Shown here one piece after another: positions 1-8,986 of a stretch of DNA of 64,000 nt. The translations under genes and the position numbers were made by a program. The stretch is from the NCBI GenBank assembly GCA_051251855.1, contig JBPOGI010000001.1, positions 128,001 to 192,000 on the forward strand, in the 5' to 3' direction. Below the pieces are notes generated by a model. It was given only the letters and a program-made list of their open reading frames with translations. It was not told where the DNA came from and searched no databases. Within the stretch, counting starts at the first letter, position 1, and the number at the start of each line of letters is the position of its first letter. This stretch comes from Roseibacillus sp. (GTDB taxonomy: Bacteria > Verrucomicrobiota > Verrucomicrobiia > Verrucomicrobiales > Akkermansiaceae).

Positions 1-1
1 T

Positions 2-1021
2 AGTCAAGCCGCGTATATCTCATTTGTCTGGTTAGGATTCTACTATTTCGATACTGCCGAAAAGAGGCATAAGTTCTTTCGCTTTGCCCTCCTCTGGTTT
101 GTTCCGGTGGTGATCTATGCCTACAAGCAGCTAATATTTGGATACTCCGACCTGGAATACGACTATGCACTTTCTGGTTTAACCATTGTTCAAAATCCTT
201 TGCTCGAAGGGCGCATTGAATACTACCGAATCTTCTCGACGATGAGTTCGTCGGGTGCGTATGGACTCATGACAATTTTGATCGGGGCTTATGGCCTGTT
301 GGCCTTCTCCGATAGCAATAAGAGCGTGGTTTTCTTAGCGAAACTTTTTGGAGTCATTTGTTTAGCAAGTTTGATTCCTGGAGCCGGTCGAACAGGTTGG
401 GCAATTGCAATTATTATTGTCTTGGGCTCGTTTATGTTCAGACGCCGAGTGACCACGTTCCTTGTCTACGGTGGCGCTGCTCTGTTGCTGACTGTGTTGT
501 TTTTGAAAGGAGATCAACTTATTGAAACGAGTGCGAATGCGGTGTCCGGATTAGCTGATAGCGAGTGGGAAGCTCGCTCTCTTCAGGTTGGTAACTTTGC
601 AGTTCGCGCCGAAGGTATCAAAAACTGGACCACGAATCCAAACTACTTTTCTTGGTTTGGACTAACTGAGGAAGAAAAGGAAGGCTCTGGTGTTCATGAT
701 ATGCTTGGAGAAATTTACGTCGGCTTTGGCGCTGTTGGCTTATCCATAACCATCATAACCGGGGTCTCATTACTAATTTTTACGCACAGAAGAGTGTTTT
801 TCATGAAGTCGGAAGAAGATAAAAAGTTTCTCGCTTTTCTATTATCTTTGATATTTGGTTTGTTGCTAGGGAGTATTGTTTCTGGAGGAGGTATTCGTAT
901 ATTTCCGGTCGTATTCTACTTTTGGGCTTTCGTTGGCATGGTTTGCGTGATGTCCTTTGCTAGGAAAACTGAAAAATTGGAGGAGGAGGTCGGTGGGGAT
1001 GATGTGATTAAGATAACTTGA
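2..1021 (+). CDS. O-antigen polymerase/ligase-like (Wzy_C) polytopic membrane protein, 5' partial
   Basis: Frame is open from base 2. Multiple TM segments, 'GAGRTGWAI' and 'GVHDMLGEIYVGFGAVG' (Wzy/WaaL-like H..Y.....G..G motif); glycan-locus context. Confidence 0.6.
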   Translation, partial: SQAAYISFVWLGFYYFDTAEKRHKFFRFALLWFVPVVIYAYKQLIFGYSDLEYDYALSGLTIVQNPLLEGRIEYYRIFSTMSSSGAYGLMTILIGAYGLLAFSDSNKSVVFLAKLFGVICLASLIPGAGRTGWAIAIIIVLGSFMFRRRVTTFLVYGGAALLLTVLFLKGDQLIETSANAVSGLADSEWEARSLQVGNFAVRAEGIKNWTTNPNYFSWFGLTEEEKEGSGVHDMLGEIYVGFGAVGLSITIITGVSLLIFTHRRVFFMKSEEDKKFLAFLLSLIFGLLLGSIVSGGGIRIFPVVFYFWAFVGMVCVMSFARKTEKLEEEVGGDDVIKIT

Positions 1022-1106
1022 TTTTTATAATGTTAAAATGGTTAACTGTATTGTTGTGCCGACTTCGGTATTGAAAATGGCTGTTTCCACCAATCGATAG
1101 AATATT

Positions 1107-2222
1107 TTGACAATAGACAGGACAACAATTCAGGGGATCGATATTCTGCGCTTCTTTTTTGCCTTCATGGTATTGGTCGCTCATGGGGTCGAGGCGATAA
1201 AAGGATACTCTCGCTCAGTTCTTAGTTTGGAGTTAGGAGGCTGGACTACTTGGCTTGCCCCGGGAGGCTTTTGGGTTGGAGGCTTTTTTGTGTTGTCGGG
1301 TTTTTGTATTGCCCTGAGTCTTCGGAGGACTGTGGAGTCAGGAAAGTATTCTAAGAAAACTTTCGTTCTCCAGCGTATTACCAGAATTTATCCTCTGTAT
1401 CTCGTCGGATTGATAGCGTCGATAGGAGTGTTTTCTCTTTTGGGTGAGGGTGGTTTTCCTTGGGAGTCCCTCGCGGCCAATATCTTCTCACTGCAAGGCT
1501 TTGTTGCCGAACCCTTTCCATTCTACGAGCCTTCTTGGAGCATCGCCTATGAGATGGTGTATTACTTGCTGGTGCCGATCTTCTTGAGTAGCGCCAAGCC
1601 AGATTTAAAAAGATATTTTTGGGTGGTCTCGATAGTGATGGTCTGTGCCTCTTTTTTGTTTGGACTTACTTGGAAAATCCTTCTTGATGAAGCTAATTGG
1701 ATGATTCCTCTGTGGACCGTGCCTTGGTCAGGTCTCATGTGGATGATTGGATTTGGTGGGGTGGTCTATAATGATTCTTCTTTACCTCGGAAACTTGGCT
1801 TCCTGTTCAGGCCCAATTTCATTCTGGCTATCGCAATACTGAGCCTATGCTACCTCTATCGAACTTTCGGTCTAATGTCTGGATGGCCGTCAGTAGTTCG
1901 GTTCCTCGCTGGTCCACTGGTCGGTTATGGGTTTTTACTTTTGGTTCTCAGTTTGCCTAAGTGGCCAAAAATAGGTTCTTCGCGTTTAAAGATTTTTTCA
2001 CAATGGGCAGGTCTTTTGAGTTATCCATTGTATCTTCTTCACATGCCACTGCAGACAGTTGTTATGGAAGTGTGTAGGTCTTATCAGTTGAATAATTTAG
2101 TGGACGTTCTTGTTTTGATGATTCTTATTCCTTTAACAGTATGCGGGACGCTTGGAGTGGCGCTGGAGAGAGCAATTCTCGAGTGGAGAAAAAAAGTTCT
2201 GAAAAAACAAAGTTTAAAATAG
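1107..2222 (+). CDS. Acyltransferase family 3 (OafA-like) O-acetyltransferase
   Basis: Motifs 'IDILRFFFAFMVLVAH', 'FFVLSGF', 'RITRIYP', 'WSIAYEMVYY', 'SYPLYLLH'. Confidence 0.9.
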   Translation: MTIDRTTIQGIDILRFFFAFMVLVAHGVEAIKGYSRSVLSLELGGWTTWLAPGGFWVGGFFVLSGFCIALSLRRTVESGKYSKKTFVLQRITRIYPLYLVGLIASIGVFSLLGEGGFPWESLAANIFSLQGFVAEPFPFYEPSWSIAYEMVYYLLVPIFLSSAKPDLKRYFWVVSIVMVCASFLFGLTWKILLDEANWMIPLWTVPWSGLMWMIGFGGVVYNDSSLPRKLGFLFRPNFILAIAILSLCYLYRTFGLMSGWPSVVRFLAGPLVGYGFLLLVLSLPKWPKIGSSRLKIFSQWAGLLSYPLYLLHMPLQTVVMEVCRSYQLNNLVDVLVLMILIPLTVCGTLGVALERAILEWRKKVLKKQSLK

Positions 2223-2231
2223 CAAATAGAA

Positions 2232-2759
2232 ATGACCAATAAACAACTATCAAAAATTAATTTGGGTTGCGGTACTGACTACCGCGAAGGATTCGTGAAT
2301 GTTGATGGAAGTAGTTCTATTCCAAAGGTGGATAAGATTATTGATATCGGTAAAGAATCACTTTTCGACCATTTCAATAAAAATGAAGCTGAGTTCATAT
2401 TAGCGCAGGATATTATCGAGCATCATTACCATTGGATCGGCCAAGGTATCATGGAAGAGTGTTTCGAAATTCTAGCTCCCAATGGTGAGTTAGAAATACG
2501 TGTGCCCGATATGAAGTTCATTATTCTAAATCCGCTCTATTCGATTGAGGAGAAGGTGCGTTTGATTTTCGGCGGCCAAGACATCCCTAACGGAAATTTT
2601 GCTCATATGGATGAGTCACGTAAGCTGTATCCGCAGTATTTTTGCCACAAGTATGGATGGACAAGGAAGTCGATGCGATTCCATCTCGAACGAATGGGCT
2701 TCCGTTCTGTAAGTTTTAAGCGGCAAAAAAGTAATATGGTTGCCACTGCTTTAAAGTAA
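2232..2759 (+). CDS. Class I SAM-dependent methyltransferase (polysaccharide-associated)
   Basis: 'KINLGCG...GFVNVD', 'IIEH', 'ILAPNGELEIRVPD'. Confidence 0.8.
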   Translation: MTNKQLSKINLGCGTDYREGFVNVDGSSSIPKVDKIIDIGKESLFDHFNKNEAEFILAQDIIEHHYHWIGQGIMEECFEILAPNGELEIRVPDMKFIILNPLYSIEEKVRLIFGGQDIPNGNFAHMDESRKLYPQYFCHKYGWTRKSMRFHLERMGFRSVSFKRQKSNMVATALK

Positions 2760-2932
2760 TAGGAATTTGCATGGCTTTCGAATTCAACCTCGAGAAAAGT
2801 CTTATTGAAGGAAAGCCAAGATAGACAAAAACTATTTACCGAGTGAAACGTTTTGGTTTGGTAAAAAAAATCACGCCTACGTAAATTAGAATATTTAGAT
2901 GCGATTCAATAAAACTATTCGTTTTAGCTGCT

Positions 2933-4102
2933 TTGAAAAGTAATAGCTTTATACTGGTGGCTCGCTCTGCCAAAGAAACAGATCCTCTTACCCGAAGGAT
3001 TCTGATGGCGTTTCGTAGCCAACCTAAAAGGTTAGACTCGTTTTCTTTGATCTGCCGAGAGTCAAATATTGATGACGTTGACTTCGTGAAATTGAGGGCG
3101 CCTTTGTTTTCTTTTTTTGACTATCTTAACTATTTCTTTTTCCAATCGTTTGCCTTTCTTCGGCGAAAGAGCTGGAGGTCTGACGTGACGATTATCTCAG
3201 GAAGTCCATCCACGCTAAGTCCTGATATTGTTCTATCGAATTTCAGTCATCGTGAATATTTTCGTCAGGTGGTTTCGTCACCAGATGTAGATGTTCGTGA
3301 ATCTGTGAAGCTACTACGTGTTCTCTGGTTCAGTCTCTTTGAGGGAATGTTGCTTCGATTCGGAGGAGCAAAAATGTTTCTCTGTAATTCTCCTGGCCTT
3401 ACGGAGGAGGTTCGAAGTCGTTGTCCGGATGGTGTTCAGGTTGAGTATTTACCTAATGTTTTTAATCGAGAGAGATTTTCTCCTAAAGAAAGAATTCGTT
3501 TGCGTGAGAATGCGCGGCAAGAGTTTTCCTTCTCGGGTGACGAGTTTGTTTTCTCTTTTATGAGTTTTGGGCATCATCTTCGAAAGGGTTTTTTCTGCGC
3601 TGTTCGCGCTATCTCGCTAGTTAATCAACGACTTGCAGGTGAGGGAAAGACGAAGGTGAAGTTTTTGGTTATTGGGGGGGAGCGTTCAACGATTAGACGC
3701 TTGAAAAGGAAGATATCAAAGATTGATCCTGACTTTGAGGATTGGCTAGTTTTTAGCGGTTCGTGCACGGAGCCTGAGAATGTTTTGTCGGCATCAGATG
3801 CCTTCATTTTTCCGAGTTACTTTGACTCGACTCCAAACGCCGTAATCGAGGCTGCAGGTTTAGGGCTTCCACTGTTCCTCACTAATTTTTATGGGAGCGA
3901 AGTTTTGCTTCAAGAGAATGTGAACGGAAGGCGTATCTCTCATGACGAGAATGAAATTGCAGACGTCATTTTGAGCTATTTGGACTCAGAGGAGAGAGAG
4001 GCTTGTGGCGAGCTCAATTTTGAGCTGCATACCGAAGAGTCTTGGTCCAACGAATTTTTTGGCTACCTAGATAGCGTAAAGCTAAGTAACGAAGTGGGCT
4101 AA
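2933..4102 (+). CDS. Glycosyltransferase family 4
   Basis: 'LRKG' and 'SDAFIFPSYFDSTPNAVIEAAGLGLP' GT-B motif; TTG start uncertain. Confidence 0.85.
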   Translation: MKSNSFILVARSAKETDPLTRRILMAFRSQPKRLDSFSLICRESNIDDVDFVKLRAPLFSFFDYLNYFFFQSFAFLRRKSWRSDVTIISGSPSTLSPDIVLSNFSHREYFRQVVSSPDVDVRESVKLLRVLWFSLFEGMLLRFGGAKMFLCNSPGLTEEVRSRCPDGVQVEYLPNVFNRERFSPKERIRLRENARQEFSFSGDEFVFSFMSFGHHLRKGFFCAVRAISLVNQRLAGEGKTKVKFLVIGGERSTIRRLKRKISKIDPDFEDWLVFSGSCTEPENVLSASDAFIFPSYFDSTPNAVIEAAGLGLPLFLTNFYGSEVLLQENVNGRRISHDENEIADVILSYLDSEEREACGELNFELHTEESWSNEFFGYLDSVKLSNEVG

Positions 4103-4106
4103 CTCT

Positions 4107-5285
4107 ATGAAAAGTGTTTTTTATTCAACCACGAGAATGTGGAATCCGGGAGACGAGGTGATCTACCGTGGTGTTCGTAACGTCGTCACCGAGATACTGG
4201 GTCCCCATAGTTCCATTCTTTGGAACAGAAACCCAGGGGTGAAACCTTTCAATCAAGGTTTCGACAATAGTTTGGACCCTTGTCGTCACTTGTTGAAAAA
4301 TATTAGGCTGCTTGTTTCAGCAGGCGGGCCCGAATGGCTAGGGCCTAGGGTGGCAGGGGTCTATCGGCGAGTTGTTGCTGAGAAGTTGGACTGTGTCCAC
4401 ATGGGGATCGGTTTGGGGGCTCATCAGATTTCGATGACTCCGCTGGAGCTAGAGGTGCTTGGCGAGCGATCCCGTTTCGTATCTTGTCGCGACACTCGGA
4501 CCTATGATGTTCTTAAAGATATTGTGCCTGATGATAGGCTGTCCGTACTTCCTTGCCCCTCATTATTCTCATACATTCATGATTACAAAATCCATGAGAG
4601 CGAGAGCGTTAAGAAGGTAGGTATTAATTTTCAGTCTTCGAAAATGAAGTTTAACAACGTGAGTGGCTCTGCCTTTGAATCTTGTTTAAGAACTTATTTG
4701 GAAATTTGCAAAAAGTATGAAACGACCATCATTTGTAATTATATTGATGACTATGCTGAAGCAGTGCAAATATTCGATCCTGAGAGTGTTCGGTTTTCGG
4801 CTGATTCCGAGGACTTTTTGCATTTCTTCAGGGAGGTCGATTTAGTGATCGGAACTCGGATTCATGGTTGTATGGGCGCGATCGCATCGGGAACCCCGGC
4901 AATGATCATGGATAGTGAAAATGATGCCCGTCGACGAGGTGTTCGTGAAGTGATGGAGGTCCTACCTGCTGCTCCTTCAAATGACTCGGAGTTATATGAG
5001 CTAATTGATGAATTCTCCCCCCGTAAAGTTAGTGAAAAAAATCGAGAGTATCAGCTCGGTCAATTCAAGGTACTTGTTGATTCTTTGAATAGTAAGTTGC
5101 CAGACCTCCCAGAGATTCTTGCTACTTACGCTACCCCGTCATCTTGTGCAGTCGATTGGGAAGATGCCGTTGGGCGTATGGAATCTGGGAGTGTCTTGCC
5201 GTCTCGAGGCCTTAGTGAAAAGCTTGTAGGTGGAGCGACGAGGATTGCTCAGCTTATCGAGAAGGTTGAGAGAAGATGGCTGTAG
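4107..5285 (+). CDS. Polysaccharide pyruvyl transferase family protein
   Basis: 'NPGDEVI', 'GIGLG', 'SCRD..T', 'IGTRIHGCMGAIASGTP'. Confidence 0.85.
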   Translation: MKSVFYSTTRMWNPGDEVIYRGVRNVVTEILGPHSSILWNRNPGVKPFNQGFDNSLDPCRHLLKNIRLLVSAGGPEWLGPRVAGVYRRVVAEKLDCVHMGIGLGAHQISMTPLELEVLGERSRFVSCRDTRTYDVLKDIVPDDRLSVLPCPSLFSYIHDYKIHESESVKKVGINFQSSKMKFNNVSGSAFESCLRTYLEICKKYETTIICNYIDDYAEAVQIFDPESVRFSADSEDFLHFFREVDLVIGTRIHGCMGAIASGTPAMIMDSENDARRRGVREVMEVLPAAPSNDSELYELIDEFSPRKVSEKNREYQLGQFKVLVDSLNSKLPDLPEILATYATPSSCAVDWEDAVGRMESGSVLPSRGLSEKLVGGATRIAQLIEKVERRWL

Positions 5286-5295
5286 TTGCTTTCGT

Positions 5296-6333
5296 ATGAG
5301 GGTTTGTGTAATTAAGGTTAACCAATTAGGTGATTCGGTTGTGGGTCTTCCCATGGTTGGTGAGCTTGTGGACGCGTTCGGGAGAGAAAGCGTTTTTATT
5401 ATAACTACTCCGATAGCAGCAGGTCTCTATTCTGAACTTGTTCCTGCTCAGAACCTATTGGTGATGGAACGGGCTATTTTCAATTCAGCTTGGAAACGAC
5501 CGTTGGTTTTTGTGAAGATTTGGAGTTTTTTGTTTAGGGCTCGGCTGGATGCTTTATTTAATCCATTTGATCAAGGAAATTTGGCACGATTAGTTGGATC
5601 CTTGGTTCCGTGTAAAATGCGTTTTTCGATGTCAAACCCTCAAGTTCGCTTTAACGGATTTGGCTATTCGGTTGTGCCTTTCGAGGAATCTCTCAGCATG
5701 CATGAAAATAACTGGAAGCTGTTTCGAGAGAGTGCGAAGCGAATAGGCATAGAAAAACCTAAGGTTCTTCCCGCATCACCTTTAAAGTATTTGCCCGGAG
5801 ATGATGGCATTGTCACAGAGAATGATGATTCTTGCTCGGACGGTCGAAGAGTTCTTATTCATCCCGGCTCGAGTCGGGCTACTACTCAGTGGGAATATTC
5901 GAGATTCGTTTTACTCGCGAATCGACTGAGTTCAGATGGTTACAGTGTGACGTGGATGTTGGAAGGGGAGCGTCCAGCAGGACTGACGGCCGAAGTTGAT
6001 GCCCTTCCGCGTGATTCTCTTGAAAATTTCGTTCGCAAGCTTAGAGATTTTGACCTCTTCGTTGGCAATAATTCGGGTCCGATGCATCTAGCTGATGTAG
6101 TTGGTCTTAGGTTGGTCATCATACCTGGTCCAGCCGCAGTAGGGTGGGACCCATACTGGGCTAAGGTGATACGTATGCTTCGAGTTGAGGGGCTGGCTTG
6201 TCAGCCTTGCGAAGTTTTGGGGCAGCTCAAACCGTCTTGTCGTCTTACAAGTGAACCACATGCCTGTCAGGGTAGGATTAGGGTCGAAGATGTATACTCT
6301 ACGATTTTAGCGCTAGGGAGAGGAAGAGTCTGA
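5296..6333 (+). CDS. Glycosyltransferase family 9 (heptosyltransferase-like)
   Basis: 'QLGDSV', 'IHPGSS...QW', 'LFVGNNSGPMHLA', C-terminal 'CQPC' cluster. Start moved to ATG 5296 (MRVCVIK). Confidence 0.9.
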   Translation: MRVCVIKVNQLGDSVVGLPMVGELVDAFGRESVFIITTPIAAGLYSELVPAQNLLVMERAIFNSAWKRPLVFVKIWSFLFRARLDALFNPFDQGNLARLVGSLVPCKMRFSMSNPQVRFNGFGYSVVPFEESLSMHENNWKLFRESAKRIGIEKPKVLPASPLKYLPGDDGIVTENDDSCSDGRRVLIHPGSSRATTQWEYSRFVLLANRLSSDGYSVTWMLEGERPAGLTAEVDALPRDSLENFVRKLRDFDLFVGNNSGPMHLADVVGLRLVIIPGPAAVGWDPYWAKVIRMLRVEGLACQPCEVLGQLKPSCRLTSEPHACQGRIRVEDVYSTILALGRGRV

Positions 6334-6343
6334 TTTTTAGGAG

Positions 6344-7330
6344 ATGAAAGAAGAACAACTCGCAAGATTAAGAGAACTAAAGGTGTTGGTGGTTGGCGAT
6401 GTGATGTTAGATCGTTACGTTTTTGGGCGAGTGAGCCGAGTCTCTCCAGAGGCTCCCGTTCCAGTCTGTGAGGCTGTTGAGGATCGTGCTGTGCTTGGAG
6501 GAGCAGGAAATGTTTGCCGAAATCTTTCGGACTTTGGATGCCAAACTAGTATTATTGGTTTGGTTGGAAAAGATGAGTCTTCAGCAGAGGTTCATGCTCT
6601 CTGCGATTCTTTGAAGATTGAGTCGTGTGGCTTGGTTTGCGATGGGGAGCGTCCGACCTCAGTGAAGACTCGTGTGCTAGGTAATGGCCAACAAATTGTA
6701 AGGGTGGATAGGGAGTCTCGAGAACAGGTGAGTTCGAATATCGAGCAGGCTCTTGTTGCTGAGATAGAGAGGGTTGGCTCTGACTGTGATGCTATTATCG
6801 TTTCTGATTATGCAAAAGGTTGCCTGGGCCCAGCGGTGGTATCGAAACTGCGCGATTTTGCCCAGAGTGGAATGATTGTTGGTGTTGATCCTCACCCAAA
6901 CAATCTTCAAAATTGGTCTGAGTTTTCAATTATTAAACCCAATTTTGATGAGTTGGTTCTAATCAGTGGAGTTGAGCTGAATCGAGACCTTGCAGGTGAC
7001 CCTTTCTCAGACCCTTCTTTTGTGAAGGCGGTTGATGGTCTTCGTGGAAGATGGGGGCCAGAGCACTTGTTGGTAACTTTGAGTAGTAATGGAATGATCT
7101 ATGTGGGCTCAGACCGAAGGCATTGCTGGGTTCCCACTCGAGCAGCTGAGGTGTATGATGTCTCGGGTGCTGGGGATACAGCGATGAGCTATTTCACGTT
7201 AGCGATTGCAGGCGGCCTTTCTGGAAGGGAAGCTACCGAATTCGCAACAATGGCGTCGGGATTGGTTGTTCGTAAGGTCGGTACTGCTTCGTTAAGCTAT
7301 GAGGAGGTCGCTGACCAATACAAAGAATAA
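6344..7330 (+). CDS. hldA: D-glycero-beta-D-manno-heptose-7-phosphate kinase (stand-alone RfaE domain I)
   Basis: 'VLVVGDVMLDRY..G.VSRVSPEAPVP', 'GGAGNV', 'SDYAKG', 'DVSGAGDT' PfkB signature. Confidence 0.92.
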   Translation: MKEEQLARLRELKVLVVGDVMLDRYVFGRVSRVSPEAPVPVCEAVEDRAVLGGAGNVCRNLSDFGCQTSIIGLVGKDESSAEVHALCDSLKIESCGLVCDGERPTSVKTRVLGNGQQIVRVDRESREQVSSNIEQALVAEIERVGSDCDAIIVSDYAKGCLGPAVVSKLRDFAQSGMIVGVDPHPNNLQNWSEFSIIKPNFDELVLISGVELNRDLAGDPFSDPSFVKAVDGLRGRWGPEHLLVTLSSNGMIYVGSDRRHCWVPTRAAEVYDVSGAGDTAMSYFTLAIAGGLSGREATEFATMASGLVVRKVGTASLSYEEVADQYKE

Positions 7331-7912
7331 ATGATGAAGGATATTATTGAGTTTGAGTTAAAAGAGCACCTCGCTGTGATGAGCGATAGTGCAATGCCCT
7401 TTAAGGAATTGGAACTTGTTGTGGAAGCATGTTGTCGCTGTCTTGAGGGGGGGGGGAAACTCATGTTTTGTGGGAATGGAGGTTCTGCTGCCGATGCTCA
7501 ACATTTAGCGGCTGAATTTGTTGTGAGATATCGTCAGAACAGAGAACCATTGGCTGCGGTGGCTCTATCAACCGATGCTAGTGCCCTTACTGCTGCTGGA
7601 AACGATTTTGGCTTTGAGGTTGTGTTTGAACGGCAAGTTCAGAGTTTAGGTCGTGAAGGGGATCTTCTATTCTTGATAAGCACTTCTGGAAATAGTGAAA
7701 ACGTTTTACGGGCTTTGGTGGCAGCAAAGGCGAGGGGGGTGATGACTGTAGCAATTACTGGTGCCAATCCGAGTAGTCTTTCTGGCGGAGCTGATTTATC
7801 GATCATGATTCCCTCTCGCAACACCGCTCGAATTCAGGAGGCTTATATGTTTCTTGGTCATTTGCTTTGTGGTGTTGTTGAAGAGCGTATGAAAGGGGCT
7901 GAAGGTGCATAA
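7331..7912 (+). CDS. gmhA: D-sedoheptulose-7-phosphate isomerase
   Basis: 'CGNGGSAADAQHLAAE', 'GNDFGFE.VFERQV', 'ISTSGNS', 'TARIQE'. Confidence 0.95.
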   Translation: MMKDIIEFELKEHLAVMSDSAMPFKELELVVEACCRCLEGGGKLMFCGNGGSAADAQHLAAEFVVRYRQNREPLAAVALSTDASALTAAGNDFGFEVVFERQVQSLGREGDLLFLISTSGNSENVLRALVAAKARGVMTVAITGANPSSLSGGADLSIMIPSRNTARIQEAYMFLGHLLCGVVEERMKGAEGA

Positions 7913-7919
7913 ATATCCG

Positions 7920-8399
7920 ATGAAAACGAAAGTGAGTTCGCTTGATGATTTGGTGTCGTGGCGGGTTGGGATGGAGACGAAGGGGGCAAAGGTGGTTTTG
8001 ACTAATGGTTGCTTTGATTTGGTGCATTGTGGACATCTGAAAAACCTGCAGTATTCGGCTTCATTGGGTGATTCCTTGGTCGTTGCCGTTAACAGCGACT
8101 CTTCAGTGAGAACGTTGAAGGGGCCAAACCGGCCCTTGATTGACGAGGTCGATAGGGCAGAGCTTTTAGGTGGATTCGAATGCGTCGATAAGGTTGTGAT
8201 TTTTTCGGAGGTGAGGCTTACCAAGGTGATTGAAAGATTGAGGCCTGATATTTATGTTAAGGGCGGAGACTATACGGTTGAGACCCTGGATCGTGGAGAA
8301 AGGAAGGCACTCGAAGATGCGGGATGCGAGATTTTCTTTTTCGATTTATTAGAGGGGCGTTCAACTTCCTCTCTTTTTGACCGAATTAAGCAGACATAG
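7920..8399 (+). CDS. hldC: D-glycero-beta-D-manno-heptose-1-phosphate adenylyltransferase (RfaE domain II)
   Basis: 'TNGCFDLVHCGH', 'VAVNSDSSV..LKG.NRP', 'YVKGGDY', 'STS'. Start is ATG 7920 or GTG 7905. Confidence 0.92.
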   Translation: MKTKVSSLDDLVSWRVGMETKGAKVVLTNGCFDLVHCGHLKNLQYSASLGDSLVVAVNSDSSVRTLKGPNRPLIDEVDRAELLGGFECVDKVVIFSEVRLTKVIERLRPDIYVKGGDYTVETLDRGERKALEDAGCEIFFFDLLEGRSTSSLFDRIKQT

Positions 8400-8400
8400 A

Positions 8401-8973
8401 ATGGGCAAGAGAATTAAAGCGGTTCTGCTAGATAGAGACGGTGTTATAAACTTGGAGCGTGGGCATATTCGTAGTGTCGAGGAGTTTGAGGTTCTGAAAG
8501 GGGTTGGGGAGGCTATCGCAATTTTAAACCGCGAAGGTATTAAGGTTGCGGTGCTTACAAATCAGTCAGGAATAGCAAGGGGCTATCTCACGGAGGACGG
8601 ATTGGAGGAAATACACCTAAAGTTGAGAGATTTTCTCGCTAACGAGAAGGGGCATCTGGATGCTCTGTTTTATTCGCCATGGTTGAATCAACCTGAACTC
8701 GATGGAGGAGTGGCCCAATACCTATGCGAGCATCCTGATCGAAAGCCTAGTCCTGGAATGATTCAGAAGGCGTTGAAGTGTTTCAATATCGAGACGGGCG
8801 AAGTATGTTTAGTCGGAGATAGTGGAGGAGATCAAGAGGCGGCCAAGAGGGCTGGTGTTTCTTTCTTTGGCGTGGCTTCAAGCAAAGTTGAAGAACTTTC
8901 GAAAGAGGCTATTGTTTTTGAGTCGCTACTAGCATTTGTAGAGTGGCTTCAAGGACGAGAGTTCGTAGTCTGA
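8401..8973 (+). CDS. gmhB: D-glycero-D-manno-heptose-1,7-bisphosphate phosphatase (HAD IIIA)
   Basis: 'LDRDGVIN', 'TNQSGIARG', 'RKPSPGM', 'VGDS..D'. ATG at 8401. Confidence 0.9.
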   Translation: MGKRIKAVLLDRDGVINLERGHIRSVEEFEVLKGVGEAIAILNREGIKVAVLTNQSGIARGYLTEDGLEEIHLKLRDFLANEKGHLDALFYSPWLNQPELDGGVAQYLCEHPDRKPSPGMIQKALKCFNIETGEVCLVGDSGGDQEAAKRAGVSFFGVASSKVEELSKEAIVFESLLAFVEWLQGREFVV

Positions 8974-8986
8974 ATAAACTAAGAAG

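Noticed and set aside
8401..8973. GmhB lacking the canonical CxH...CxC zinc motif
   Set aside because: The catalytic DxD, RKP and GD motifs are intact and zinc-loop variation is common in this family; not evidence of a new function.
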